64,000 nucleotides of DNA. Origin: Podarcis vaucheri (lineage: Eukaryota). Where the stretch lies: the NCBI GenBank assembly GCA_965113315.1, contig OZ220372.1. The stretch is one strand, 5' to 3'. Positions 1 through 53,250 of this stretch are shown piece after piece. Position 1 is the stretch's first letter; the number at the start of each line of letters is the position of its first letter. Below the pieces are notes generated by a model. That model saw only the letters and a list, made by a program, of their open reading frames with translations. It had not been told where the DNA came from and did no database searches. The translations under genes were made by a program, and so were the position numbers.

Positions 1-289
1 CTGGAAAAAAATATGAGACTCTCAGGATGCTGCATTCTGCTCACAGATCTGGACATGTGTTGCCCTTTTATTGAAACACACAGTGGATACCTGCTGGGAA
101 GCCAAATGCAAGGAAGATCTGGCACATAAGGGATCTGGTGCAAATCCACCTTTTTAAGGCCACTTTGGGCATTATTTCAATAGAAACTGCATACATGTGG
201 TGGAGTAATGAGCCAGTTAAGAATAGGATGAACAACTACAAGGGACCCATCTGCTGTAATTTTAATAATGCAGTGCATTCTTTAATCTA

Positions 290-715
290 AGGTCCCCCAA
301 TGTTGCTGGAATACAGCGCCCACCATTCTCAACCACTTTAGCCAATCATTAGGGATGATGGGAGTTGTAGTCCAACGACATCCAGGGAGCCAAGCCAGAA
401 GAACACAGCTTTAATGGGTCTGTAGGAGAGGATATTCCACCTGCTGGGATCCCTACTTCTTTGTAACTTGTAGAAGTAGAGAGTCTTGATCACTTTCTCA
501 TTAGTTCACCTTAGCGATGTGCAAACTATTGCAAACCATCTCTTAATGGTGTGGGGGGTTTTTTGAGGGGGGGTCAGTTTTGAGATCATACTCCAGGGTC
601 CCTTTGGCCCTCTGGATGTTACTAAACTAAAACTCCCACCATCCCTGGTCTGCTGGGCTGATTGCATTTGTAGTTCAACAAAATCTGGAGCCCCAAAGGT
701 TCTCAACACTTGCCT
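290..715. mobile_element. Two degraded palindromic hAT-type MITEs (about 290-405 and 592-712)
   Basis: Share the actacaactccc / gggagttgtagt core seen in the intact copy at 59283. Confidence 0.55.
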
Positions 716-1428
716 CAGGCACAAGACAACCAAGGTGTTTTCTTTTGAAAATGTATCATTCAGTGCTTTGCCCAGTGAGAGAATGTTCCCATAATCATCA
801 TGTACAGCATATACTTTGCCTCTCCCCCACCTTCCCAATTCAGAATCTTTAATAGTTCACAGTGGTCCAGTTCTCTCACACACATACATATACACACACA
901 AACTCACAGTGGCCCAGTCACATACCGAACAGTAAGCCAACTTCCTTCATGCCACATCCAGATGCACCTCAAAGGATCTTTGGATCCCGCTCCCTATGGA
1001 GAACCACTCCAGGAAAATAGTGATGGCATCATTCATGTGGAGAGCATCAGCCATTTGTAGGTTACCATTTTCCTCCACCACCCTGCCTGCCCGTCAAAAC
1101 CAAATTCTTTGATTCATTCATTCTCTCAGCCAGTTCCTTTTGTGAAGAAAACAAGAGATTCCAATACACAGGGAGGAATACTACAGCCCAAAGTGCTTTG
1201 AAAGCTACACATGAATGCACAGCCAGAAGGAACAAGAAATCATGTTAAATCAGAGGGGCAGGGGGAGGAGAGAAGGAGAAAGAGGTGGGTGCATAAAGAT
1301 ATCTTTGCCACTAAAAATTGTTAGGCAGTCCGCACACATGCACACCACACACAAACGCACACAGTCCGCCTGATGACTGCAACGCAGCCTGACGCAGCAG
1401 AGGAGAAGGTACAAAACTAAGTTGTTAC

Positions 1429-1558
1429 CTTGAAGGAATGAGCTGTCAGGGGTCTGGCTGACTGGGGAACCGTGAAAGCAATAAGAAAAAGGTGCTGGCT
1501 ATTTAAAGCATGCAAGAAAAAAACCTATTCTGCAATGGTGTAATTCTAGACTTTGCCC
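1429..1558 (-). promoter_or_regulatory. Possible promoter and short non-coding exon 1 of the next minus-strand gene (SLC6A13 expected by synteny)
   Basis: Minus strand: DR1/HNF4-like GGGCAAAGTCTA (1547-1558), TATA-like TTTAAATA (1500-1507), donor CAAG|GTAAC at 1429; gene identity rests on human synteny only. Confidence 0.35.
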
Positions 1559-2169
1559 GGCCCACATTCCTTCCTCCACCCCCACCCCCCAGGGCTGTAC
1601 AATAAACTACACACGACTTCTGATGTGCCTTACTAAAGGAGCCCTTGCCCACTGCCCAGGCAACTTTCCTCCTCCTTTGCTTTTTGCCGTCCGTGTGGAA
1701 GAAATGCACACAAATGTGTAAGTCCTGCCTCTCTTTTCACTGCGACCATGTCTGTGTCACTGGTCAATTTCTGTTCAGTCTCACCTTCCAAGGCCCAGCC
1801 ACTGAAACATACCACAGCATTGTTGAACAATCTTTTAATGGGGTTTTATTGAGGGAGCAAACAAAGAGGTGGTGGTTGTTGTTGTTACCAGTTGCCCTTC
1901 ACCCCAAGTTCCGAGGGTGCGTTACAACAATTAAAACACAACGCTAAAATTAAAACACACTACTACCCAATATTAAAAACAGTTTAAAAGTTAAAATTAC
2001 AGAAATAAGATGGGTCCTAAAATAGACATTTCAAGTTTCAAAAGGCAGGTCAGGGAAGTGCATCCTCAGCTGTATGCCCCTTGGAGCTCTTCATAAACCC
2101 CATTTTAACCACACAGAACTATTCTGTATTGTCAGCTACCTCATTGTTCAATCCAAACTCTTGATGGTT

Positions 2170-2830
2170 TAGGAACAGGTCCCAATACTGATCAGGGGTG
2201 TGGGGCTCCACTTTCTATATACCTCCATTCTGAGAACTGCCCATTAATTCCTGCTCTCTGCTTCCTGTTTCTAAACCAGTTCATGATCCACATGAGGACC
2301 TCTCCTCTTATTCCATGCCTGCTAAGCTCACTTTTGAGTCCTTGATGAGGTACTTTGGGAAAAGATTTTTGAAAGTCTGAGTACACAATGTCAACTGGAA
2401 CACCTCTATCTATGTGCTTGTTGACACTCTAAAAAACAACTCCGCTGAATAGGCTAGTGACACAGGAGCAAGCTAAGCTAACCAGTCTGTGATTTCCAGA
2501 ATCCCCTCTAGAACCCTTATTTATAAATAGTATTGAGTCTGATCAGAGGGACAAGTCACTTATTTCACATTTGTGTTCTTTAAGAACTCTCAAGGGGACG
2601 GCGTTCAGATCCAGCAATTTGTTTTTATTTTATTGACAAGGCTTCCTGTGGAAGTTAGTTCAGAGACAGGGATCTGCCCTAAAAGTTATTCTGCGAGGAC
2701 AGAAGCAAAAAAATTCATTCTGCATCCCTGCATTCTTCTTATTTTCCTTTAACGTACTTTTGACTCCCTTGTCATCCGAAGTCCCAACTACCTCCCTAGC
2801 AGGTCTCCTATAATTAATGCATTTAAATAT
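2170..2830 (-). mobile_element. Degraded CR1 LINE ORF2 (RT) fragment
   Basis: Minus-strand translation DFQKSFPKVPH...GIRGEVLMWIMNWFRNRKQRAGINGQFSEW...SVLGP, plus upstream RVLKE and GSRGDSGNHRLVSL motifs; frameshifts and stops. Confidence 0.85.
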
Positions 2831-3312
2831 TCTTTGCAAGACCGAACATTCCAGCTCACTAATCTTCGCTAGGAGGCTTCTACCATTAGCTTATAAGCAT
2901 CCATAACACAGTCTCTTTCCAACCATGTCTCTTGCACTTGCATTTTAGCCTACTCTTCAACCTCTTAATTTCTATCCTGTGCCCCCCCCCCACTCTCAAC
3001 GCCAACTTCTGCCCTCTTCCCTTTAAATGTTTTTTTCACCTTCCTTTTCAGCCCGGGGGTAACATTAGGGTGGCTTCTTATGTTGCTTAAAGACAGGACA
3101 CCACATTTACACAGCATGCTGAGCACATATTTTCAGCTATGCTTGAGGAGATGTGTATGAAATATATATGAGATCTACACCTGACAATCCCAGGAGTCCT
3201 AGTTAAGTGGTTCTCTGCAAATGTGTAGACTAATTTTAAAGTTAATACTTGGGTTATTAAGATTATTATCAAATATGTTAACCTACATGGATACTGGGAA
3301 TTGAGATAAACG

Positions 3313-3398
<86 letters not shown>
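3313..3398. repeat. Compound microsatellite (TC)13(TG)16(AG)14
   Basis: Read directly. Confidence 0.95.
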
Positions 3399-3402
<4 letters not shown>

Positions 3403-3914
3403 AAAACAAACGTATAATTACTGCTAAAAACAGCATGGCACCAGCTCTTTCATTAAAAGCTGTTAGTTCCCCAAAACCTGTTGGAATAAGAAATAGTAAG
3501 GGGTCCATAGTTCAGTGGCATTCAGAATCTACAAAGGCATCTTCAGGGGGGAAAAGCCCAGGTAGCAATTTTAGGAGATATCCCTGCGACACTAAGGGAT
3601 ATGGACTAACGATTCATCTCTACACAAGCAAGTTTCACATGTTGCTAGACTGTTGCTGAACATTTTTCAGCTTTTAGGTTATTTGAATCAAGACGCAAAT
3701 ATGGTTTGTTTGTTTTTAGAAAGCAGTAAGATAAGGTTATAAACTGGTCCCTTCCAATTTTGCAGATTTATGAATTGTTATTGCCAGCTAACCCCAGCAG
3801 AACCAGGAGATCAAGAACGGAAATTCCTAAGCTGTTTGAAAACATTGCAGTGTGTATTGCACTCACACAGGGGACATTAGAGAACTGCTGGATAACCACC
3901 CTAAATTAAGTTCT

Positions 3915-3939
3915 CACACACTTCAAGATATTCTTTATT
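3915..3939 (-). terminator. Candidate distal polyadenylation site of KDM5A
   Basis: Minus strand AATAAA (3934-3939) followed about 13 nt later by GU-rich GTGTGTG. Confidence 0.45.
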
Positions 3940-5033
3940 GTTTAGACAGCTAAGCAGCTACCCTTGAACCACAGCACATTAAAGAAATTCATGACCTAAA
4001 CGGTTCACACCTGCATCTCAAAAGCTTCCAAATTCTGAGCTCATCATAAATTATGATCAGTTAAATGTATTCAGTTGCACTTGATTAATCTCAGTTGCCA
4101 AACTTTTCCCCAGAAACCTGCTGTATTTTCTCACTTCTCCCCCCTCTCCAAAAACAAAAACCAATAGCTATGCTAGCTTGGAATGATGGGAGTTATAGTC
4201 CAAAGAGGATGCCTTAGAACTGTGTCACCATCATCAAAGAGATACATTTGACAACATACAGTCAAAGAACTACACATTCCTCTCTCTGGAGAAATATATG
4301 TGAATCCACAGCAATCACAATTCTGTACCAGAATTCTCTGTCCATCTGAATAATTTTTCAAAAAACTAACAGCACTAGCTTAGAGCACTAGTTTGCTGGA
4401 GAAAATTTCAACCAGTGCTCTTAATTATTTTGCTTGCAACTACCGTAAGTATGCAACAATTGCCATTGGTGGTAGACATAAGAGAAATCATAGAATCTAT
4501 TGGCTCAGGTGTACAGTTGGTGTGTTTTAATTAATTAGCAGCATGCTATATTTGCAATAAAAATAAATAAAAGCTAAAGAGGAGTCTAGTTTTGCTTTAA
4601 AATTCTGGCCATCTCACCCCCCCCCCCCGTATGACAGGTAGGAATGCAAAAGCAGTAGCAGTGTAAGGCAATGTTAAGTGTCTCAGTAATTACAAAATAG
4701 TGAACAATATGTCATTACAATGGCAGGCTTTGTGGGTTAAATCACTGAAAATGGACAATGGTGCCTTACCATCATCCCCTCCTACTGTTCTTTAGTAGCT
4801 TCCTAGGTTAACAAGAGTATACCCACTGAAATCAATCGACCTAAGTCAAGACTATTTATTTCAATGGGTTATTCTTGGGTATGACTTAGGACACAACCCT
4901 GCCATTCCAGTTGCATAACCTCACACATACACACATGGCAAGCAGGAGTGGGGTTTTTTATACTGAGGATGTAATGCTTGTGAAACTTTTGCTGAGATTT
5001 GGTTCATCATCTGGAAATAGTGAGAATGTAGGA

Positions 5034-5366
5034 CAAGGGTTGACTAAACCCCAGAGCTGGATCTGGCCTCTCCAAGCAATGTTTCTGCCCCCTCAAACCC
5101 CACCAAATTTGGTGGCAACAGTAGATGGCAATTGGGTAGATGAAGACCAGAACCCTAACAAGGCTGTAGATCTCCCTTCCAATCATTGGATTCATTGATG
5201 GAGAAACAATCAGTATGAGCCATTTCAGTAGGGATACCGAGTGCCTTTGTGTGTGTGCACACGCATACAAGTTTATGGGATGGGCACACCTACTGCTGAT
5301 ATGTGATCCTCCTTCCCTGAAGGTTGGGCCAGGGTGAATACAGGCCAAAAAGGTTAGTCAACCATG
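5034..5366. mobile_element. hAT-type MITE
   Basis: TIRs caagggttgactaa / ttagtcaaccatg; 8-bp TSD atgtagga / ctgtagga. Confidence 0.65.
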
Positions 5367-6502
5367 CTGTAGGAAATCCTTGATTGCTCATCTTCCAAGG
5401 ACCTTCCATCATCTTGTGCAATGCCTAAATGAGGCCAAATAGTTCAGAGCTTGCAGAGAAAGTAGCTATGATAGCAGCTTCATTGTTAATCAATTATTTG
5501 GGAAGGCCAGGAGGCAAAGCAAGGCCCACACCAGTGCTTTTGAACAAGGAATGCCAATACTTACCAAACCTAACTTGCCCCTTACGAATCAAGAATTTCT
5601 CTTCTGCTCCTGAATAACTTTGCTCTACATTTTTACCATGTTTCCCAGCTTGATATCACCTGCAAATTTCAAACAAAAATACTCCCAGCTGTCCTTCCAA
5701 CTAGCTAATGACTGAAAATATAGAACAATTTGGTTGCCCAGGACTATGGGCTCATCACCAGACTTCCACTTGTCCCACCGCTTTCCCATGAGGAAATCTG
5801 ATTTTTACAGCCGAATCGAAACCAACATCAATGGGGTTTTAGAGTGGATTGACATTTGCACCAATTCAGCACTAAAGAGTGGACTTTCTGGAAGAAAATG
5901 GACCCATGTATAGAAAGCAAAGAACAAGCGGGGAATTTTTCAGACCCCTGCTTTCTAGGCATGGGACAAGCAGAAGTGTGGACGAGCCCTGTGCAAAGTC
6001 ACTCCACTGCTTGTCAAATTGAAAGCAGACACCACCTTTCCTCTTTCCCCCAACTCCATTAGTGCTATGCCTTACTACAAATTAAGGTGCCAGCAGGAGC
6101 CAGATAGATTACTCTAGGAGCTCAGAAACAGGGCATTATGGCAATGACCTTCCCCACCCTTTGTGCATCCGTATTGAGAAGCCAAACCAACTTCACAGTT
6201 TTAATTTCACTCCTGAGAACACTTTTCAGTTCGGTCAGACTCTGTGTGAATGTATTGGGCTGTAAACTTCACAGGAAGTAGCAATTCAGCAAGGAAATAT
6301 TTCTTATACAGCTTCATCATCACATCAAATGTATTAAAATCCAGGTGCAATATTAGAGCCCAGGTGCAATATTAGTAGCTTTAAAAGCTGTCCTCCTCAG
6401 CTTCATCTCCTAAGTTGGAAACAGCTCATTGTTTTGCATTTCTAATCCAATGGCTGGTTCTCTTCATCCCTTTCCTGACTTCACTATTTTCAGTCTCTAT
6501 AT

Positions 6503-6755
6503 AGCAGTGTGGTGTATTGGTTAAGAGGTGTGGACTCGTAATCTGGTGAACCGGGTTCATGTCTTCGCTCCTCCACATGCAGCTGCTGGGTGACCTTGGG
6601 CTAGTCACACTTCTCTGAAGTCTCTCAGCCCCACTCACCTCACAGAGTGTCTGTTGTGGGGGAGGAAGGGAAAGGAAAGGAGAATGTTAGCCGCTTTGAG
6701 ACTCCTTCGGGTAGTGATAAAGCAGGATATCAAATCCAAATTCTTCTTCTTCTTC
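6503..6755 (+). mobile_element. Squam3-type tRNA/CORE SINE
   Basis: A/B-box tRNA head, CORE gggtgaccttgggctagtcac, L2-like 3' end, (CTT)n tail. Confidence 0.85.
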
Positions 6756-7112
6756 CTTGGCAGTTAAGCATGCTACAGATCTCCTTGCACCTGATGAGTG
6801 TTAAAAGTCTATAGAAAATAAGAATTTTGATTTTTGCATGGGGATGAGCCAGTTGTACATGTGGCAAAAAACAGAGCAGAATGAGGCTCAATTCAAATTT
6901 AACTATGGTACATAAGATTTCTTACCCAAGTATACGGATCAAACATAAAAGCTTCACAAATAATATTCTGAAGCCCACAAATCCCAGTTAGCTTAGGTGT
7001 TTCTTGCTCTTCCCCAACCCCTGCCCCACAGTAAACATTTGGAGCATGAACCATATTACAAAAGGTGCAATATTCAAGTGTTTGAATAGGTGTAGCATAC
7101 AGGCCATGCTGA

Positions 7113-7357
7113 AAAGAAGAAGAGAAGAGTTTGGATTTGATATCCCGCTTTATCACTACCCGAAGGAGTCTCAAAGCGGCTAACATTCTCCTTTCCCTTC
7201 CTCCCACAGAACAAACACTCTGTGGGGCTGAGAGACTTCAAGAAGTGTGACTAGCCCAAGGTCACCCAACAGCTGCATGTGGAGAAGCGGAGACGTGAAC
7301 CTGGTTCCCCAGATTACAAGACTACCGCTCTTAACCACTACACCACACCTGCTCTCC
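7113..7357 (-). mobile_element. Squam3-type tRNA/CORE SINE, inverted relative to 6503-6755
   Basis: Reverse complement of the same element; (AAG)n tail on the + strand. Confidence 0.85.
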
Positions 7358-7408
7358 AGTGTGCTTATTATGGGCTGTGCTTATTGAACATCTCCTAACC
7401 TTTTGACA

Positions 7409-7532
7409 GTGTGCTCGAAGCTACAAACATGAGCCTGACCAAACTGCGGGAGGCAGTAGAAGACAGGAGTGCCTGGCGTGCTCTGGTCCATGGGGTCAGG
7501 AAGAGTCGGACACGACTAAACGACTAAACAAC
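7409..7532 (+). mobile_element. 5'-truncated BovB (RTE) LINE 3' end
   Basis: gcctggcgtgctctggtccatggggtc...gagtcggacacgactaaacgactaaacaac; 12-bp TSD aaccttttgaca (7397-7408, 7533-7544). Confidence 0.88.
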
Positions 7533-7869
7533 AACCTTTTGACATTAGACTACCTACAAGTTGAACATGTAGATTTTCATCTCCTTCTTCGCATCCAAAA
7601 GGAAAAGTCTTCTTGTTTTTTTCAGCAAGAGGAAATTCTGAGAACTCTGCAACAATCACAGTCCAGTGCAGGAAATCATACACACTACTAAAGAGAGACA
7701 GAAACCCTGACAGCATGATTTGTAAGCTATTTCTAAAAAACATACATGTCCTGCTCACAAGCTGAGAAATATCTCCTTGGTCAGACTTTTTAAATGAGAG
7801 AGCACTTTTCTCCAACTGCTGGAGGAGTCTGCCCCACACCCTTTCTATTGTTGGTATCATATTGCCCAG

Positions 7870-8122
7870 AAGGTATGTCTTGGTAGATCATCCGTAGCAG
7901 TGACCAGAGGAGGAATGACCTCTGGGAGGAGGTGCAGAGAAGAAGCGCCATGGTGCATCTGCAGTGGCACAACAGGATGCCTTCATCTGCCCCAGCTGCA
8001 ACAAAACATGTCTTTCCCATATCTGTTTCTACAGCCACAGCAGGCGCTGTAACCTTCCAACAGTTTGACTTCATCCCCAAAGAGACGCTCCTCCATTGTC
8101 TCCCGAGACAGATGCGAACCAA
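7870..8122 (+). mobile_element. RTE-clade LINE 3' end with terminal C2H2 finger
   Basis: Encodes AFICPSCNKTCLSHICFYSHSRRC, followed by the RTE-type 3' end ccattgtctcccgagacaga. Confidence 0.75.
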
Positions 8123-8558
8123 TGGGTAAGTCATCAACATTTGTAGCAACCACTGCCCCTCCTAGAATTCAAGGGATGGGTTTTCTGATGCAGGACTGAG
8201 CTTTGGGGCATTCTGAAACAACCTGCCCCAGGCCAGAACAAGCAGAGGGAGGCGATGGTCTCTGAACCTGCTCTCCAAGGCTTCACGGCTTTCAGAATCA
8301 GCATGACTAGGAACTTTCATTGAATTTGCTCTGAACCTCAGAGGCACATAAAAGCAGAAAGATCATTTTCAGGTAAGAGATTACCCTGCCTCATTTGCCA
8401 AAAGACAATGTAAACATGTTTCTTTCCCATTTTCAGATGAGGGTCAGTGATAGTCAAGACCTCCTACCGTTAGAGTAACTTAAGTGGGACTTATTAAATA
8501 TAATAAAGCATTCACACCACTTTCCCTGAACATCTAGGGGAATTGTTGCACACTCTTA

Positions 8559-8925
8559 AAGGTAAAGGTAAAGGTACCCCTGCCCATACGGGCCAGTCGT
8601 GACCGACTCTGGGGTTGCATGCTCATCTCGCTTAAGAGGCCGGGAGCCAGCGCTGTCCGGAGACACTTCCGGGTCACGTGGCCAGCGTGACGAAGCTGCT
8701 CTGGCGAGCCAGCACCAGCACAGCGCACGGAAACGCTGTTACCTTCCCGCTATAAAGCGGTACCTATTTATCTACTTGCACTTAGAGGTGCTTTCGAACC
8801 GCTAGGTGGGCAGGAGCTGGGACCGAACGACAGGAGCTCACCCCGCCACAGGGATTCGAACTGCCAACCATACGATCGGCAAGTCCTAGGCACTGAGGTT
8901 TTACCCACAGCGCCACCCACGTCCC
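8559..8925 (-). mobile_element. Sauria (Squam1) SINE
   Basis: GGGAC..GGTGGCGCTGTGG head, (ACCTTT)n tail, TSD tg(c/t)acactctta. Confidence 0.92.
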
Positions 8926-10721
8926 AAGTGTACACTCTTACCCTCTTGTAAAGGTGGCTAGTATCACCCTATTACTTTGAGGAGAGACAGAAGCACACAC
9001 CAACAACAAACATTTGGCAGCCTAAGATCAGAACAGAGAAGTCCTGGCCTTAGTGAAGATCTTTGAGGATTGACAGATCATACTCATAAATGGAATGGCC
9101 TTTGGAAGTAAAGTGAGAACACAAAGGCAATGTTAACTGAATAAACTGATGCATTTGGTCTGGCAGGGTGGGTCAACTAGGGTGGTGAATTCAAGGTAGG
9201 AAGGTTCCTAGGCTACTAGTCAGGATGGCTATATGGAACCTCTACACTGAGAGGCTGTATGTTACTAAATGCTGCGAAGTAACAGAAGGTTATTGCCTTC
9301 ACACTCTTGCTCATGGATTTTCCAGAGGCATCCAGCTGGCTGCTGAATGAAACAAGGATGGTGGGCTGGATAAAACTTTGGTCTGACTCAACAGGCCTAT
9401 TATAGGAACTTGAAAAATTGAAACCAGTGCCAAAAAAGGGTAAAAACAGTCCAGATTGGAAAGCAGACTTAAATAGGCCATAAAAGCAGGCCGATGCATA
9501 ATGAATGCAGAAATACTGCAAATCTATACACATTATACATATTCAGTAACAAAAGAGGGGACTAAAATGTTTGTTTCACCTTAATGATTTCTTGGCCTGG
9601 GAAGACCGGAAAGTGTGGGGACAAACACCTCCTGAACTAATCCTATAAAGTCAAGTTGCTTTAAATTTTCTTTGACAGTTTTAATATCACAACTTTTCTG
9701 CTACCACTTTCTGTTCAGAAGTCTGTGGTAATCGAGTTGACTAGGTCTGACCTTCATATTGTAGCTCTGGCTGGTACATGAGGCTGACCAAGTGAGAAAC
9801 TTTGTTGTTCCAGGGATCAATAATCTGCTTTAGTTGTTCTTTGCAAATCACTACACTTTCTTACCTTGCGGCCACACAATTGAGAGGACACTTTGCTTCC
9901 GAAAGCTGAAACTGCAATCCAGAAAGCTATATAAATGAATGGGGGAGACCAAGGAAACCCAGCCAGAGATTTCTTTGAAATGTCAACTATGATTGCATGA
10001 GCTGTTGAAGAGGAAATATGTTTTTCAATTCAATTTTACAGCAGAAGCAGAAGTGGGTTGCCTGCCTCTTCAACATGTAGTGAAAACTTGAGAAACTTGT
10101 CAGAATTTTCCACTTCTTCACAAAGGAGTTAGAGGGTCAAGTTGAAATGCAGCTCAGGAGAACACTTGTGGGTCCTGTAAACAGTTTTATAAAAACACTA
10201 GACCCCCCTCTTGACTTAATGAGAGTCCCCCACCCCGATATTATAGGAGGTGCATTATTTGCAGACGGAAGCCAGCGATGTGCTTCAGGACAAAGATGCT
10301 TGATCAACGACATCTCCAAGTACCGGATACAACAGAAGGGACACAAAACAGTCAAGGCAGAACACTACAAGATTTTTATCTTTTAGAAAATCCCAACCCC
10401 TGCATCTAGTAAGACTGGACACTATAGTTACAACACTCCTAGAACTGTAGAAGAATGGAAACACAATAGATAATGGGAACGGGGGGGGGAGGGGGGAGAG
10501 ACACCACCATGGCCAGTTTCAGCCACTCACAGAAAAGCCAGCAAGGATCAAGATGCCCTGCTAACAGAACAAACTCCAACATGAAGGTAGCACATGAAAT
10601 GTTTTGTTTTTACCTATTTAAAACACAGGCAGCAGGTGGAGCAAGGATGTGGGGAGTAACTGCTAATTTCCTTGTACTACAAGGAAGGAATGAAGTTAAA
10701 AACCCAAGCCTGCAGGCAGGG

Positions 10722-10774
<53 letters not shown>
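10722..10774. repeat. T20 run plus (TG)n microsatellite
   Basis: Read directly; lies in the KDM5A 3' UTR. Confidence 0.95.
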
Positions 10775-10775
<1 letters not shown>

Positions 10776-11965
10776 CTCTCTCTTTTTTCTGTGCTGCTGG
10801 TAACCGTGGTTAAGTATAAAAACCAAAGAAAAATAATCTTTCTTCTTTTTTTTTGTAGAACAAGTCAGTAGTCCGAGACATAGAAAAAAGTAAAAACCAG
10901 TCCTTTTTTAAAAATTGGTTTACTAAAACAATTGCCACTTGCTCCCCAAGCCGCCTCTCTTCCAGGAAAGCGGGGGGGGGGGAGGGCGGAGAGAGAGATT
11001 GAGCCAGATTTGTGGCCAAGTGTAGGCCTTTAATCCATAGAAACCTAAAGGCGAGGAAGCAGGGCTGCAATCTGTAGACTGCATTTTTAGAACTGTGAAA
11101 CTACCGTTTGGTGATACTGGGAATACTTGTGAGTTGGCGTTTTTCACAGAAGCATGTCAGTGTGGAATCGTGAGGAAGCTGGGCTACTCTCGGCCCCCAT
11201 CTCCAACCCCATGCACTCGTGATACCTATCATACCAGCTGCACCTTGCTTCAGACAGCTTAGTGACAGGGTGTCAAGCAGAGCCTGAGACAAGGGGAAAT
11301 GGCCACCAGTGCCGAGAGGAGTGCTTTGCCAAGGAAACATACCCTCAGCTACATGTTAATTTATACGGTGAACTTCCCCCAACGAGGGACCACCAAAGGA
11401 AGGAGGGCAAACACAAAATCAACGTCTGTTTCCAAGACCTATAGTTCCTTTGCCTTCTAACAACAAAACCAGGAGCTAATTTGTTTGTTTGTATTCCACC
11501 CACCCATCTCCCCCTGTGTGGTGCTCAACGCAAGTTCCTTGTCCACATAGCATGGCCTTGGCACCTCTGCCCAATCAGCCCACCACTCAAGAGGCAAACT
11601 TGTGGGTTGCAGGATTCTCAGCAATGACACCCATTTGAACTGTTGAGGCAAAGTAGCTTAATCCATGGGCCTCATATCTGCTCAGCCTGAAGGTGGTACC
11701 TATGCTTAGCCTCTTTTTTTCTTAAAGGAAACATGGGAGTAAATACACTGGCTGGGACTTCCAACAGGGTGGTATCTGCATAGCTGGGTCAGTACCCCTG
11801 TGCCCATGACATCCCTTTTGCGTAAAGGAAGCCAGCTATATGGGGCCAGCTCCGCTATAGGGCCATACGTCCGCAGAAGTGGAGCATTTCCAAGTGGCTA
11901 CATTAGCTTCACGCCGCCATTTTAGTGTTCCATTTCCCTTACGTCCCAATAAGACCAAGCGGCTG

Positions 11966-53250
<41,285 letters not shown>

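Noticed and set aside
6341-6375. Duplicated 16-mer containing GTGCAATA (miR-25/92 8mer site)
   Set aside because: The site is on the strand opposite the KDM5A mRNA; a simple local duplication explains it.
7980-8052. C2H2 zinc-finger motif as a possible hidden exon
   Set aside because: It is the terminal finger of an RTE LINE ORF2 and is followed by an RTE 3' end.
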